Positions 37,844-47,993 of a stretch of DNA of 64,000 bases are shown here, piece by piece. A model generated the notes under the pieces. It was not told the DNA's origin, searched no databases, and was given only the letters and a program-made list of their open reading frames with translations. The number at the start of each line of letters is the position of its first letter. Within the stretch, counting starts at the first letter, position 1. Made by a program: the position numbers and the translations under genes. The DNA is from Smithellaceae bacterium (lineage in GTDB: Bacteria; Desulfobacterota; Syntrophia; Syntrophales; Smithellaceae): NCBI GenBank assembly GCA_963667845.2, contig CAXXVL010000002.1, forward strand, positions 1,056,001 to 1,120,000, in the 5' to 3' direction.

Positions 37844-39832
37844 TCAAACCTTAATTTTAACTTTCCTTCGTTTTTGAATCACGGCAATAACGGCAATAAT
37901 GAGCAGCAGCAAAACCATCACTGAGAGCGACAGCACAATCAGCGTCGGCGTTGTTGCCCGTGACACCAGATTGACCGGACTTACACTCGGCTTTTCTACA
38001 ATGCGTCCAAGCTTGCCTTTGTATTTTTCCGGAACGTCCGGAATGCCGTTGCCGTCACTATCCGGGAAAGACCGGACGTATTTGACGAGGCCCTGCCACT
38101 CTTTAAGCTCCTGAATGCCCGGCAGGGACTTATCGCCGTCAACCAGCGCGGCTGATAACTTTTCAATGGCTTTGCCGTTTTTGTCTTTCGGCACAATATT
38201 CAGCATGGAATACGTGAACCGGCCGACCAGTTTTAAAAAAGTTGCGTTGTAAATATTGGCGGCTACCCGATAGAGTTTCTTGTTGGACTGGCTGTAGTCC
38301 AGCGGCACATAGCCTTCTTCTTCGTTTCCTATCTCCATACCGGTCACGCGGTCAAAAATGACCCGATGCGGATTATAGGTAAAACGCAGTCCGGAAATTT
38401 GCAGAAAATAATCATCACTTTTGATTGGCCTCACACTGGTGAGGATTTCCATGGCCCTTTTGATTTCATAGCCGTAAAGATAAAAACTGATCAGCGGATA
38501 ACCCATAGTGTTGTCCGCGCCGATGCCCAGAGGAAAGGTGCGGAATAAATCACCCAGGATGATCTTGCCGGTGACGCCTTTAAGCAAATCATCACGGATA
38601 ATGCCGTTGGATTCGACGGCGATTGCGACACGGCTTACCGGATCTTTTTCATCGGAATCAACTTGATTGACATACCAGCGGATGGAATCGGCAATCATAT
38701 TGCCCAGGGGTGATTCCGCCGCCGTATTGGTTAAATCCCACCTGGTTTCGGCGATGACCTGATCATAGGACAAATGAGCGGGACCGAGCAATTGCGTGTC
38801 TATCTTTTGGTTGAAGCCATTGATCATATTTTGGATATTGGCATCTCCGGCGAGAGAACTGTTGATGGCCATAGCGGTGTAGTTCTTCAACGTTACCTTG
38901 CCGTTGTCATAGGCAATATCCAGGATGCCCACCTGCTTTCCGTAACACCACGCCTGAACAATGATGGTGCCGTAAGCGGAGATGGGTTTATCCAGTTTCG
39001 TATGGGTGTGCCCGCTGATAATAACATCAATGCCCGGGACTTTTTGGGCCAGAATGATATCTTCCGACTTTTTCGGGTTGTCCCGCAGTCCGCCATGCGA
39101 CAGGCAAATAACGATATCCACTTTTTCCTGATTGCGCAGGATGGCGACCATATCCCGTGCCGTTTCAACGGGGTCGCGGAAGGTCAAGGGTTTGGCGAAA
39201 GGGGATACATCAACTGCGTCTTTGCCGAGAATGCCGAAGATGCCTATTTTCATGCCGTTACGTTGTAGCACGATATAGGGCCTCACGCCTGCTTCGGTAA
39301 AAGCATCAGCAAGATCAGACAAGGACGCCTGTTGGCGGTCAAAGACCGGATTGGCTGAGACGATCTGCGGCAGGCCATCCTTGGCTTTGGCTGCTCTCAA
39401 AATAGCGGTCAGTCCTGCGGGCTTGAGATCAAATTCATGATTGCCCAGTGTGATCGCATCGTAGCCCATTGCTTTAAGCAAACGCAATTCGAAGGCTTCT
39501 TCGCGGATCAGCATATGGAACAGGGAGCCCATGGTGAAATCGCCCGCGTCGAGAGTCAGGACGGGATTGATTCTTGTTCTTTTTGTATTGTTTATGACTG
39601 TTGCAACCCGCGCCCAGCCCCCCAGGGTTTTATCGGCATTGACTTTGAAGGGTTGATAATCGATTTCCGGCGAAAATCCCTGAAAATGAGAGTGCATATC
39701 ATTCGTATGCACGATCGTGATCAGCTTTTCGGCGGCAAAAAGGTTGGTCGAGAAAAGTATTGCAAAAAGGATAATTCCTGCACGCAGCAACGGTGCGATT
39801 CTCTTCAGGACTCTAATCTTGTTCTTCGTCAT
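37844..39832 (-). CDS. Bifunctional UDP-sugar hydrolase/5'-nucleotidase (exported, C-terminal membrane anchor)
   Basis: HTNDMHS, DAGD, GNHEFD, SGHTH, ESPLGNMIAD, QISGL. Start ATG 39832 after GGAGG; N-terminal signal and C-terminal TM. Confidence 0.92.
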   Translation of the reverse strand: MTKNKIRVLKRIAPLLRAGIILFAILFSTNLFAAEKLITIVHTNDMHSHFQGFSPEIDYQPFKVNADKTLGGWARVATVINNTKRTRINPVLTLDAGDFTMGSLFHMLIREEAFELRLLKAMGYDAITLGNHEFDLKPAGLTAILRAAKAKDGLPQIVSANPVFDRQQASLSDLADAFTEAGVRPYIVLQRNGMKIGIFGILGKDAVDVSPFAKPLTFRDPVETARDMVAILRNQEKVDIVICLSHGGLRDNPKKSEDIILAQKVPGIDVIISGHTHTKLDKPISAYGTIIVQAWCYGKQVGILDIAYDNGKVTLKNYTAMAINSSLAGDANIQNMINGFNQKIDTQLLGPAHLSYDQVIAETRWDLTNTAAESPLGNMIADSIRWYVNQVDSDEKDPVSRVAIAVESNGIIRDDLLKGVTGKIILGDLFRTFPLGIGADNTMGYPLISFYLYGYEIKRAMEILTSVRPIKSDDYFLQISGLRFTYNPHRVIFDRVTGMEIGNEEEGYVPLDYSQSNKKLYRVAANIYNATFLKLVGRFTYSMLNIVPKDKNGKAIEKLSAALVDGDKSLPGIQELKEWQGLVKYVRSFPDSDGNGIPDVPEKYKGKLGRIVEKPSVSPVNLVSRATTPTLIVLSLSVMVLLLLIIAVIAVIQKRRKVKIKV

Positions 39833-41501
39833 TGGACACCCCCTCCTCCCTAGCATAAAATGACCGTCCTGAAAAGTTTGTATTGGGCACAGCGGCTTCA
39901 ATTTTTTCTAAAAGTCCGAAAAGGGAGGTTTTGTCCAGAGCGGATACGGCCACAGCGTCAAAACGCCGGGTCAAGGTTTCCAGAAGTTCTTTGTCAGGAA
40001 AGCGGTCCGCTTTGTTGAAAACGCGTATTGTTGGTTTCCCGGAGATATCCAGTTCTTCCAGAATGCCGTCCACCGCCGAAATCTGTTCTTCAAATTGACT
40101 GCTGCTGATATCGATGACATGGATCAGCAAGTCAGCTTCCTGAAGCTCATCGAGTGTTGCCCGAAAGGCGCTGAATAGTTCCTTGGGCAGATTGCGGATG
40201 AATCCCACCGTGTCGGTGATAATCGCCTCGGTATCGCGCGGGAAGCGCAGCCGCGCGCTCTTGGTGTCCAGCGTGGCAAAGAGTTTATCTTCCGCCAGGA
40301 CGGCGCTTTGCGTGAGCGTATTGAGGAGCGTCGATTTTCCCGCGTTCGTGTAGCCCACGATGGAAATCACGGGCAGGCTCGACTTATTCCGGCGTCCCCG
40401 CCGCTGCCCGCGTGATTTTGTGATCGCTTTCAAATCTTTTTCGAGACGCGAGATGCGTTCGCGGATCCGGCGACGATCGATTTCCAGTTTGGTTTCGCCG
40501 GGTCCCACGCCGCCGATCCCTCCCGCCAGTCTGGAGAGAGACGTGTCTTTGTGCATCAGGCGCGGCAGCAGATATTTGAGTTGCGCCAGTTCCACCTGAA
40601 TTTTTCCTTCGCGGCTGTGGGCGCGGTGGGCGAAGATATCCAGGATCACCTGAGAGCGATCGATGATTTTCAAGCCGGTAAAGTCGCTGATGGAGCGAAC
40701 CTGTGCCGGCGTTAATTCGTGGTCGAAGATCAGCAGATTTGCGCCGATTTGCGTCGCGTGCAAATCAATATCGGCCAGTCTGCCCCGGCCGACGAGATAT
40801 TTCGGATCCGGTTGGGGACGGTATTGAATCTGCGTGTCAAACACCGCGACGCCGCAGGTCTTGGCCAACTGCCTGAGCTCTTCCAGTGAGGCCGCCGGAT
40901 CCGCCAGCGGATTTTTTTCTACCCGGATAAGGATGGCTCTTTCCGTTGCCTCAATTTTGCGCGTTTTCTGCGTCCTGGCAAACTCATCTTCCAGCGCGGC
41001 AATGAATGATAAGAAATTGATATCCAACCGGTGCGGTTCCTGAGGTTCGTGAATGAGCCAGTACTCGCCCTGTGGATTTTCCGGAATCAGGTGCGCCCAG
41101 AAAAGCCTGCCGGGAGTTCCGTCTTCGCGTACCTGGAGTGCACCCATCAGGTCCAGGCGTAAATGGGATAAATCCGTCAAATCCTCCGGAGAAATCTCTT
41201 CGCCGTTTAAATGTGTATGGATCAGACGCAGACCTTTGAAGCGCGTGGATGCCGCGCGGAAAGCATCAAGGCTGGGAATAAAGATGCCTTTGTGATCGCC
41301 TAATATAACCATCGTGATTTCGCCCCTGCGGCTGATCAGTAACCCGATTTGCCGGTTGAGTTCCCGTGAAAGAAACGATATTTCCCGTGCCAGATCATTG
41401 CTGATGATATTTTCCGGCGGGTTGCCGCGGCGATAGAGGCGTTCCAGGGATTTGATTTGCTGGGCACCAAGCCCCATTGTAATGCCGAATATCTTGTTGA
41501 T
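39813..41501 (-). CDS. hflX: GTPase HflX, long N-terminally extended form (probable ATC start at 41501; first ATG at 41477)
   Basis: ILDIFAHRA, GPGETKLEIDRR, GYTNAGKST, LFATLD, DTVGFI, NKAD. Confidence 0.95.
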   Translation of the reverse strand: MNKIFGITMGLGAQQIKSLERLYRRGNPPENIISNDLAREISFLSRELNRQIGLLISRRGEITMVILGDHKGIFIPSLDAFRAASTRFKGLRLIHTHLNGEEISPEDLTDLSHLRLDLMGALQVREDGTPGRLFWAHLIPENPQGEYWLIHEPQEPHRLDINFLSFIAALEDEFARTQKTRKIEATERAILIRVEKNPLADPAASLEELRQLAKTCGVAVFDTQIQYRPQPDPKYLVGRGRLADIDLHATQIGANLLIFDHELTPAQVRSISDFTGLKIIDRSQVILDIFAHRAHSREGKIQVELAQLKYLLPRLMHKDTSLSRLAGGIGGVGPGETKLEIDRRRIRERISRLEKDLKAITKSRGQRRGRRNKSSLPVISIVGYTNAGKSTLLNTLTQSAVLAEDKLFATLDTKSARLRFPRDTEAIITDTVGFIRNLPKELFSAFRATLDELQEADLLIHVIDISSSQFEEQISAVDGILEELDISGKPTIRVFNKADRFPDKELLETLTRRFDAVAVSALDKTSLFGLLEKIEAAVPNTNFSGRSFYAREEGVSNDEEQD

Positions 41502-41848
41502 GATGTATCTTCCTTGCAGACCTCTGTTAAACGGTCATTTTACTGATAAACTATCACACTTTATGAGAAGGTGTCAAAAGACAAATGAACGAAGATAAAC
41601 GCGCAATAAGAAGTCGGAGACTGGTGGGAAAAACAAAACGACGGAATCGGACATCAAGATCCGGGAGTCCGGTTTCATTCTATTCAGAGATGATATTTCA
41701 ACAATCTGCCGCTGATTCAGCTTCCTAATTCATATCAGGACCAATCCTATTCTCATGAAATCTATGGCCCCAATCATCATCGAAAGATCTTCGGTTTTGA
41801 AGGTAAACGCTTCAGTTTATTTGAGCGGTTCCTTGTAGTCATTATCGG

Positions 41849-43900
41849 TCACATGGTCTTGGACTTTCCACGATAATCGCCGTCTAATCCGTACTCTTTG
41901 AGTTTGCGATAAAGCGAGCTGCGGGCTATGTTCAATTTCTCGGCAATCTTGTTGCGGGGAATGTCCATTCTCATCATGCCAATGATGGTTTCCTTTTCCC
42001 GTTTCTTTACGGAATGGGCGTCAGCCCTGGATTCATCCCTGTAATGCCAGTGAAGAATTTCATCGGGAACCAGCGCGATCGTCAGTTCCTGGCCGGAAGC
42101 TACGGTGATCATTCGCTCGATAACATTTTGTAATTCACGAATATTGCCCGGCCAGGGATAGTCTTCCAATATTTTAATGACATCGTCATGGATGCGGATA
42201 ACCTTTTTGTCCATGCCACTTGCACATTTCTTAATAAAGTTGTCGATCAAAAGAGGAATATCGTCTTTCCTGTCCCTGAGCGGCAATGTTTCGATGCTGA
42301 AAACATTCAGGCGGTAGTATAGGTCTGATCGAAAGGATCCCTTGCTGATTTCTTCCATAATATTTTTATTGGTTGCAGCAATAATGCGTATATCAACGGG
42401 CCGGACAATGGTTCCGCCGACCCGGACAATCGCTTTTTCTTCGACCACACGCAGGAGTATAGCCTGGAATTCCAATGATGTTTCGGCGATTTCATCAAAG
42501 AAGATCGTTCCGCCGTCGGCCAGTTCGAACTTTCCCGTATTGCCGCCCCGGCGTGCGCCGGTAAATGCGCCCTCCGCATGTCCGAAGAGTTCGCTCGCAA
42601 TCAGATCCCGGGGGATAGAAGCGCAGTTGATTGCCACATAGGGACCATCCTTGCGGGCGCCTGAATTGTGAATGGCCTGTGCAAAGATATCCTTTCCCGT
42701 ACCGCTTTCACCTAAAAGCAATACATTGGAATCGCTCCCGGCGGCCAGTTGAACATGCTGCACAGTGCGAACAAATCTGCTGTTGCGTCCGCAGATATCC
42801 TTCAATTGAAAATTGGCTTTGGCCCCGAATATTTTGGCAGCCGGCTTCCTGATTTTTGGGGGTTCGCTGAGAATCACGATTTTGCCGATAGGCGCTCCAT
42901 CCCTGCAGCAAATCGGGCTCGAAGACACCACGCAATTCGCATCCACCTGTCCCAGGGCAATACGGATTTCGGAATTATTCACCAGTTTAGAGCCTTCGAC
43001 GATGGACAGGAATTCCAAATTATCCGACTGCAGGACGTCCCGTATATGACGACCTTCGATATGGCTATGGATCTGAAGCATTCTCCGGGCGCCGTCATTG
43101 ATCATTGTGACCCGACTCTTTGAGTCAAAGGCGATCATGGCCTGAGGTATCGCAGAGAAGACGGCCTGCTGATAATTTCCGGCGATTTGCGCCTCTTCGG
43201 TTACCTTCTCAGTCTTCATACTGGTTTCTATCGCGCGTGCAATAGTTATAGCAAACACAAGGGGCTGGGCATTGGAGCAGTTGCAGTTGGAAATCAGAGA
43301 AATGCCGCCGATAAACTCACCTTGCGGATTGTAGATCGGTGCACTGGAAGCGTCATCGTCATGATACGCGCGCATGTAATGCTGCGGCCCGAAACATTGT
43401 GCGGGTTTCCTGATGGCCACCACAATGGAAATAGAATTTGTGCCGACCATTTCTTCCGTCCAGAGAGCGCCTGGAATCAGCCGCGTCGATTGCGCCAGTT
43501 TCTTACAGTGGTCATTGACGCACGTTTCCAAGATGCGGCCTTCTCTGTCGAAAAGACAGACTAAGAAACGGGTTGTGTCGACACATTCATTAAAATTACT
43601 AAATAAAGGCCCTCCAGCCCGGATCAGCTGACTGTTATCTTCCAGTAATGCCTGCATTTCTGCAGTGGACGGAGTCGGAGGAGTTGGTTTTTCCCAAGGA
43701 TTTAGTCCGGCGTCGCGGCATCGCTGCCAGGAGTTCAGGATGTCATCCGGAATGATGGCAACATCAATATCCGTCCGTCCGGCGGCAAACTTTTCCCATT
43801 CCGACTTTGTCTTTAGAAGTTTGTCTTCATAGGACTGCTGCAACTCCGAGAGTCGGTTCTGATCAGGTACGACATATTCGGTTCCTGCTCTAAGTCCCAT
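41849..43900 (-). CDS. Sigma-54-dependent enhancer-binding protein, AcoR-like (GAF-PAS-AAA+-HTH)
   Basis: ILNSWQRC, GTNSI, GESGTGKD, intact GAFTGA, FRSDLYYRL, WPGNIRELQN, ARSSLYRKLK. Confidence 0.95.
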   Translation of the reverse strand: MGLRAGTEYVVPDQNRLSELQQSYEDKLLKTKSEWEKFAAGRTDIDVAIIPDDILNSWQRCRDAGLNPWEKPTPPTPSTAEMQALLEDNSQLIRAGGPLFSNFNECVDTTRFLVCLFDREGRILETCVNDHCKKLAQSTRLIPGALWTEEMVGTNSISIVVAIRKPAQCFGPQHYMRAYHDDDASSAPIYNPQGEFIGGISLISNCNCSNAQPLVFAITIARAIETSMKTEKVTEEAQIAGNYQQAVFSAIPQAMIAFDSKSRVTMINDGARRMLQIHSHIEGRHIRDVLQSDNLEFLSIVEGSKLVNNSEIRIALGQVDANCVVSSSPICCRDGAPIGKIVILSEPPKIRKPAAKIFGAKANFQLKDICGRNSRFVRTVQHVQLAAGSDSNVLLLGESGTGKDIFAQAIHNSGARKDGPYVAINCASIPRDLIASELFGHAEGAFTGARRGGNTGKFELADGGTIFFDEIAETSLEFQAILLRVVEEKAIVRVGGTIVRPVDIRIIAATNKNIMEEISKGSFRSDLYYRLNVFSIETLPLRDRKDDIPLLIDNFIKKCASGMDKKVIRIHDDVIKILEDYPWPGNIRELQNVIERMITVASGQELTIALVPDEILHWHYRDESRADAHSVKKREKETIIGMMRMDIPRNKIAEKLNIARSSLYRKLKEYGLDGDYRGKSKTM

Positions 43901-44045
43901 TTGTTACAGCTCCCTTTCAAGACATGCCGGCCGGAAAATCCTCGGCGAATTTTTGCACTTTGCTGGTTAAGGCGCAGTCTATATTTTTTAATATCAGCAT
44001 TTAAGGCGATGATTCTTCCTCGCCTCTTAAGTCTCCACTTCTTCC

Positions 44046-44090
44046 TGTCTCCGGATGACAGGATTGAGACATATGTGTCTCGTTGAGACG
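44046..44090. promoter_or_regulatory. Candidate upstream activator sequences (TGTCTC/GAGAC half-sites)
   Basis: TGTCTCCGGATGACA..TTGAGACATATGTGTCTCGTTGAGACG, about 80-120 bp upstream of a -24/-12 site. Confidence 0.6.
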
Positions 44091-44165
44091 GTTATCTGCA
44101 GCTACAAATAAAATAACGTCAAAAAATTTCTATAAAAATTGAGGATGTAGTTATGAAAGTGGATA

Positions 44166-44180
44166 TGGCATAAACATTGT
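44166..44180 (+). promoter_or_regulatory. Candidate sigma-54 (-24/-12) promoter
   Basis: TGGCAT-AAACA-TTGT has the correct spacing; -12 is GT rather than GC. Divergent from the activator gene. Confidence 0.55.
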
Positions 44181-44493
44181 ATCGTATTAAGCCATGTAAA
44201 AATAAATACAAAATATTTCTGCGAATAGCAATAATAAATTTGATGATTTGAAATTGAATAACAACCGGATTAAAGAAACCTCTTCGCCTGCTTTATGTTT
44301 TGTTGCATTATTTAAGAAGGTAGAAATTTATTTCTTTAATCAAATAATGTGAATATAATCGATATATTACGTATTATGATGATGAGATCTGGTGTCAGAG
44401 AAAATCAGAAATCATTCATCTGATTATTCCTGCGAAATAGACGTGTATTACGAAAATCTATTTTCAAGGCTGATGTGCTGAAATAAGACAAAA

Positions 44494-44804
44494 CTGTCCC
44501 ACGGAGTGTTCCGATGTATCCTGCCGCGAGAAACGGAATTTTCCGGCAGGCAGAAATCTTTTATAGATTTTTACGGAACGAAGGGACAGGGAGCAAGGGG
44601 GAATCCCCCTTGCTCCATTGAAATTGATTGATCAAATCACCGCCGATTTTTGCGGGCCTGTATTGCCCGTAAATTGATTTTGTTACAGGAACCCTCATCG
44701 GACCTGTCCGGAAATCTGTCGAATTGTAATTGGCGGCACTGATTGCGGGAAAGGATTCTTTGTTTGCTTGAGATTGTATGAATTTGAATCAAATATTTTT
44801 CCGC
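44494..44804 (+). ncRNA. Candidate structured non-coding RNA (unassigned)
   Basis: Consecutive nested helices found by eye (see findings). No ORF of 60 aa or more; no family recognised. Confidence 0.3.
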
Positions 44805-44831
44805 GCGCGCTGTGCAGACTTGTCAGGTCAT

Positions 44832-44861
44832 AAGAAAAGCCCGGCTTTTTCGGGCCGGGCT
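44832..44861 (-). terminator. Intrinsic terminator of the por-nuoEFG-like operon
   Basis: AGCCCGGC/GCCGGGCT stem, with AAGAAAA giving a U-rich tract on the minus strand. Confidence 0.75.
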
Positions 44862-44896
44862 GGGAAACTTCTCGAAAATATAATGAATAATTTACT

Positions 44897-45610
44897 TTAG
44901 CGGCATTCCGTGCAGACAGCCAGTTCCTTGAACGGCACGCCGGTTTTCTTGCTGATGTATTTCAACTGATCCACCGGGGCGAAGAATTTGCCGCACTTTT
45001 CACACGTCTGCATCTTAAAGGTGCGTCCCCAGATTTTGCGTTTGTCGCCGGTCGACGTCATTTCGATGTGTCCTGTCGGGCAGACATAGACGCAGGCGCC
45101 GCAGCCGATGCAGACGTCTGACTTTTCGTGATAAGGCGTGCCGACTTCTTTATACGATCCCCGGGAAAATAAGCCGATGGCGCTCACGCCGACGACTTCT
45201 TCACAGACGCGCACGCAGGAACGGCACAAAATGCACTTGCCGTGATCCTTGTCCGCGACGTAGCGGCCCTGCGATTCCACGCCCATTTCTTTAGCCATCT
45301 TTTGCAAAACTTCTGATTCGGGGCAGCGCGCCAGCAGTAATTCCATAACCAGACGACGAACATTCAGCACGCGCGTGCTTTTCGTATCGACCATCAGGCC
45401 CTCCTCCACGCCATAGAGGCAGGAGGTGACGATCCGCGTCCGGTTTCCCTTCTTGATCTCGACGACACATAACCGGCAGGCGCCGGATCGGGAAATGGCG
45501 TCATGTGCGCACAGGGTGGGAACCGAGATGCCCGCGCCGCGAATGGCTTCAAGAAGCATGGTGCCTTCCCGAGCTGATATATTCTTTCCGTCAATAATCA
45601 TATTTACCAT
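44897..45610 (-). CDS. NuoG/HydA-N-terminal-like Fe-S subunit ([2Fe-2S] + 2x[4Fe-4S]), no catalytic domain
   Basis: PTLC..GACRLCVVE..TSC, CILCRSCVRVC, CIGCGACVYVCP, C-terminal CxxC...CxxC; 237 aa. Confidence 0.88.
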   Translation of the reverse strand: MVNMIIDGKNISAREGTMLLEAIRGAGISVPTLCAHDAISRSGACRLCVVEIKKGNRTRIVTSCLYGVEEGLMVDTKSTRVLNVRRLVMELLLARCPESEVLQKMAKEMGVESQGRYVADKDHGKCILCRSCVRVCEEVVGVSAIGLFSRGSYKEVGTPYHEKSDVCIGCGACVYVCPTGHIEMTSTGDKRKIWGRTFKMQTCEKCGKFFAPVDQLKYISKKTGVPFKELAVCTECR

Positions 45611-45624
45611 GATGTCTTCTACCT

Positions 45625-47469
45625 CTACTTCACGTTGATTGCATCAAATTTGCAGCTCTGGATGCAGGCGCCGCAACGGGTGCATTTATCTTTATCAATA
45701 ATATGAGCTTTCTTCTTCTCTCCGGTGATAGCCTGCACGGCGCAGAATTTAGCGCAGACACCGCATCCGGTGCACTTTTCCGCGTTGATGCTGTAGGTGA
45801 TCAGTGCCTTGCAGACGCCCGCGGGACAGCGGTGATCCTTAATGTGGGCATCATACTCTTCCCGGAAGTATTTAATCGTGCTGAGGACGGGATTGGGTGC
45901 GCTGCCGCCCAGCGCGCAGAGCGAACCGTCGGCAATGGCCTGCGACATGGTTTCCAGAAGCTCGACATCGCCTTCTTTGCCGCGGCCGGCGCAAATGTCT
46001 TCCAGGATATCACTCATCCGGCGAACGCCTTCCCGGCAGGGAACACATTTACCGCAGGACTCTTCCTTCAGAAAGTCGAGGAAATAGCGGGCAACGTCCA
46101 CCATACAGGAGGTTTCATCCATGACGATCATGCCGCCGGAGCCCATCATGGAGCCTACTTCGGTGAGCTTATCGAAATCAACGGGGATATCCAGCAGGTT
46201 CTCCGGAATGCAACCGCCCGATGGGCCGCCCGTCTGGACGGCTTTGAATTTGCGTCCGTTGGGTATGCCGCCGCCCATGTCATAAATGATTTCATAGAGA
46301 GTGGTACCCATCGGCACTTCGATGAGACCCGTATTATTGATTTTGCCGACCAGCGAGAAGATTTTCGTTCCCTTGGAGCCTTCCGTCCCAATCGAGGAAT
46401 ACCAGTCCGCGCCTTTATTGATAATCAGCGGCACATTGGCCCAGGTTTCCACATTGTTCAAAACGGTGGGCTTGTCCCACAGACCTTTTTCCACTGCGTG
46501 CACATACTTGGCGCGCGGTTCACCGGCGCGGCCTTCGATCGAAGCAAACAGAGCGGAGGATTCACCGCAGACGAAGGCGCCAGCGCCTTTGTTGATGTGA
46601 ATATCAAACGAAAAATCCGTGCCGAGAATATTCTTGCCTAAAAGGCCTGCTTCCCTGGCGGCTTCAATCGCTATCTTGAGATGCTCTACAGCCAGCGGAT
46701 ATTCATTTCTTACGTAGATGTAACCTTCGTGCGCACCCACGGCGTAAGCGCCGATGATCATGCCCTCAATGACACTGTGAGGATTGCCTTCCATGAGGCT
46801 GCGGTCCATATAAGCGCCGGGGTCGCCTTCGTCTCCGTTGGCGATGACGTATTTCGGCTCACCGTGTGCCCGCCGGACGCCTTCCCATTTGATGGCCGCC
46901 GGGAAACCTCCGCCGCCGCGGCCTCTGAGCCCGGCCTTCTTCACTTCATTGATGACGTCTTCCGGTGTCATTTCCGAAAGTACTTTGCCCAGTGCCTGAT
47001 AGCCTTCGATGGCAAAATAGTCCTCGATCTTGGCCGGATCAATCATACCGTTCTTACCGAATACCACCCGAACCTGCTTCTTATAGAAAGGCAGGTCTTC
47101 TTCCCTGAACAGGGTTTTTTGCGTTTCCGGATGGCGGTAGAGCAAACGGCTGATCACTTCGCCGCCGCCCACGGTTTTCGAGACGATTTCCGGTACATCC
47201 TCCACTTTGACGTGCTGATAAAAATACTTGTCGGGGTGGACGACGACCATCGGTCCCTTTTCGCAGAAACCCAGACAACCGGTGGCGAGGACATCCACGT
47301 CCATATTTTGTTTCTTTAATTCGGCTTCGAGCGCTTCTTTGACCTTGAGACTGCCGGTAGCGCGACAGCCGGTTCCGGCGCAAATGGTCACAAACTTTTT
47401 CTTCGGACCGTAGTAGATTGTTAGATTGTCCATAATCTGGCGGGCTTGAGTATCAGGATTTTCGTTCAT
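45625..47469 (-). CDS. NuoF/HydB-like FMN/NADH-binding subunit
   Basis: N-terminal [57 protein letters not shown]-terminal 2x[4Fe-4S]. Confidence 0.93.
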   Translation of the reverse strand: MNENPDTQARQIMDNLTIYYGPKKKFVTICAGTGCRATGSLKVKEALEAELKKQNMDVDVLATGCLGFCEKGPMVVVHPDKYFYQHVKVEDVPEIVSKTVGGGEVISRLLYRHPETQKTLFREEDLPFYKKQVRVVFGKNGMIDPAKIEDYFAIEGYQALGKVLSEMTPEDVINEVKKAGLRGRGGGGFPAAIKWEGVRRAHGEPKYVIANGDEGDPGAYMDRSLMEGNPHSVIEGMIIGAYAVGAHEGYIYVRNEYPLAVEHLKIAIEAAREAGLLGKNILGTDFSFDIHINKGAGAFVCGESSALFASIEGRAGEPRAKYVHAVEKGLWDKPTVLNNVETWANVPLIINKGADWYSSIGTEGSKGTKIFSLVGKINNTGLIEVPMGTTLYEIIYDMGGGIPNGRKFKAVQTGGPSGGCIPENLLDIPVDFDKLTEVGSMMGSGGMIVMDETSCMVDVARYFLDFLKEESCGKCVPCREGVRRMSDILEDICAGRGKEGDVELLETMSQAIADGSLCALGGSAPNPVLSTIKYFREEYDAHIKDHRCPAGVCKALITYSINAEKCTGCGVCAKFCAVQAITGEKKKAHIIDKDKCTRCGACIQSCKFDAINVK

Positions 47470-47951
47470 TGCTGCGCCCCCTCTTCGCTGATCTTCTTGA
47501 TGATTTTATCCACTTTGTTGATCGTCACCTGGCCGTGGTAGTCGGCATTGATGACCACAACGGGTCCCAGTGCGCAGGCGCCAACGCAGTTGACGGTTTC
47601 GAGCGAGAATTTTCCATCAGGCGTCGTATGACCCGGTTTGATGCCCAGCGTGGTTTCGAACCTGTCCTGGAGGGCGGCGGCACCGCGGACATGACAAGCC
47701 GTCCCCTTGCAGATTTTGACAATATTTTTGCCGCGCGGTTTCAAACTGAAGGCGGTGTAAAACGTCGCTGCTTCATACATGCGAGTAAAAGGCATGTTCA
47801 TCTGAGCGGCCGCGGTTTTCAAGGCTTCCTTCGGAAGATAATTGAAGGCTTCCTGAATATCCTGCAAAACGGCTATCAGCGCGGTTCTATCGCCCTTATA
47901 TTTTTTGACGATTTGTTTTGTTTTTAGCTTGATATCGCTAGCTTTTTCCAT
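47466..47951 (-). CDS. NuoE/HydC-like [2Fe-2S] subunit
   Basis: [32 protein letters not shown]. Confidence 0.93.
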   Translation of the reverse strand: MEKASDIKLKTKQIVKKYKGDRTALIAVLQDIQEAFNYLPKEALKTAAAQMNMPFTRMYEAATFYTAFSLKPRGKNIVKICKGTACHVRGAAALQDRFETTLGIKPGHTTPDGKFSLETVNCVGACALGPVVVINADYHGQVTINKVDKIIKKISEEGAQQ

Positions 47952-47993
47952 TCTAAATTCACCTCAATATTCTTCGGGTTCTCCCCTTTTTCT

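Noticed and set aside
45703..47319. Long + strand ORFs (312 and 212 aa)
   Set aside because: Antisense to the NuoF-like gene.
44897..47951. Respiratory complex I or [FeFe]-hydrogenase call
   Set aside because: No membrane Nuo subunits adjacent and no H-cluster motifs in the 237-aa subunit.
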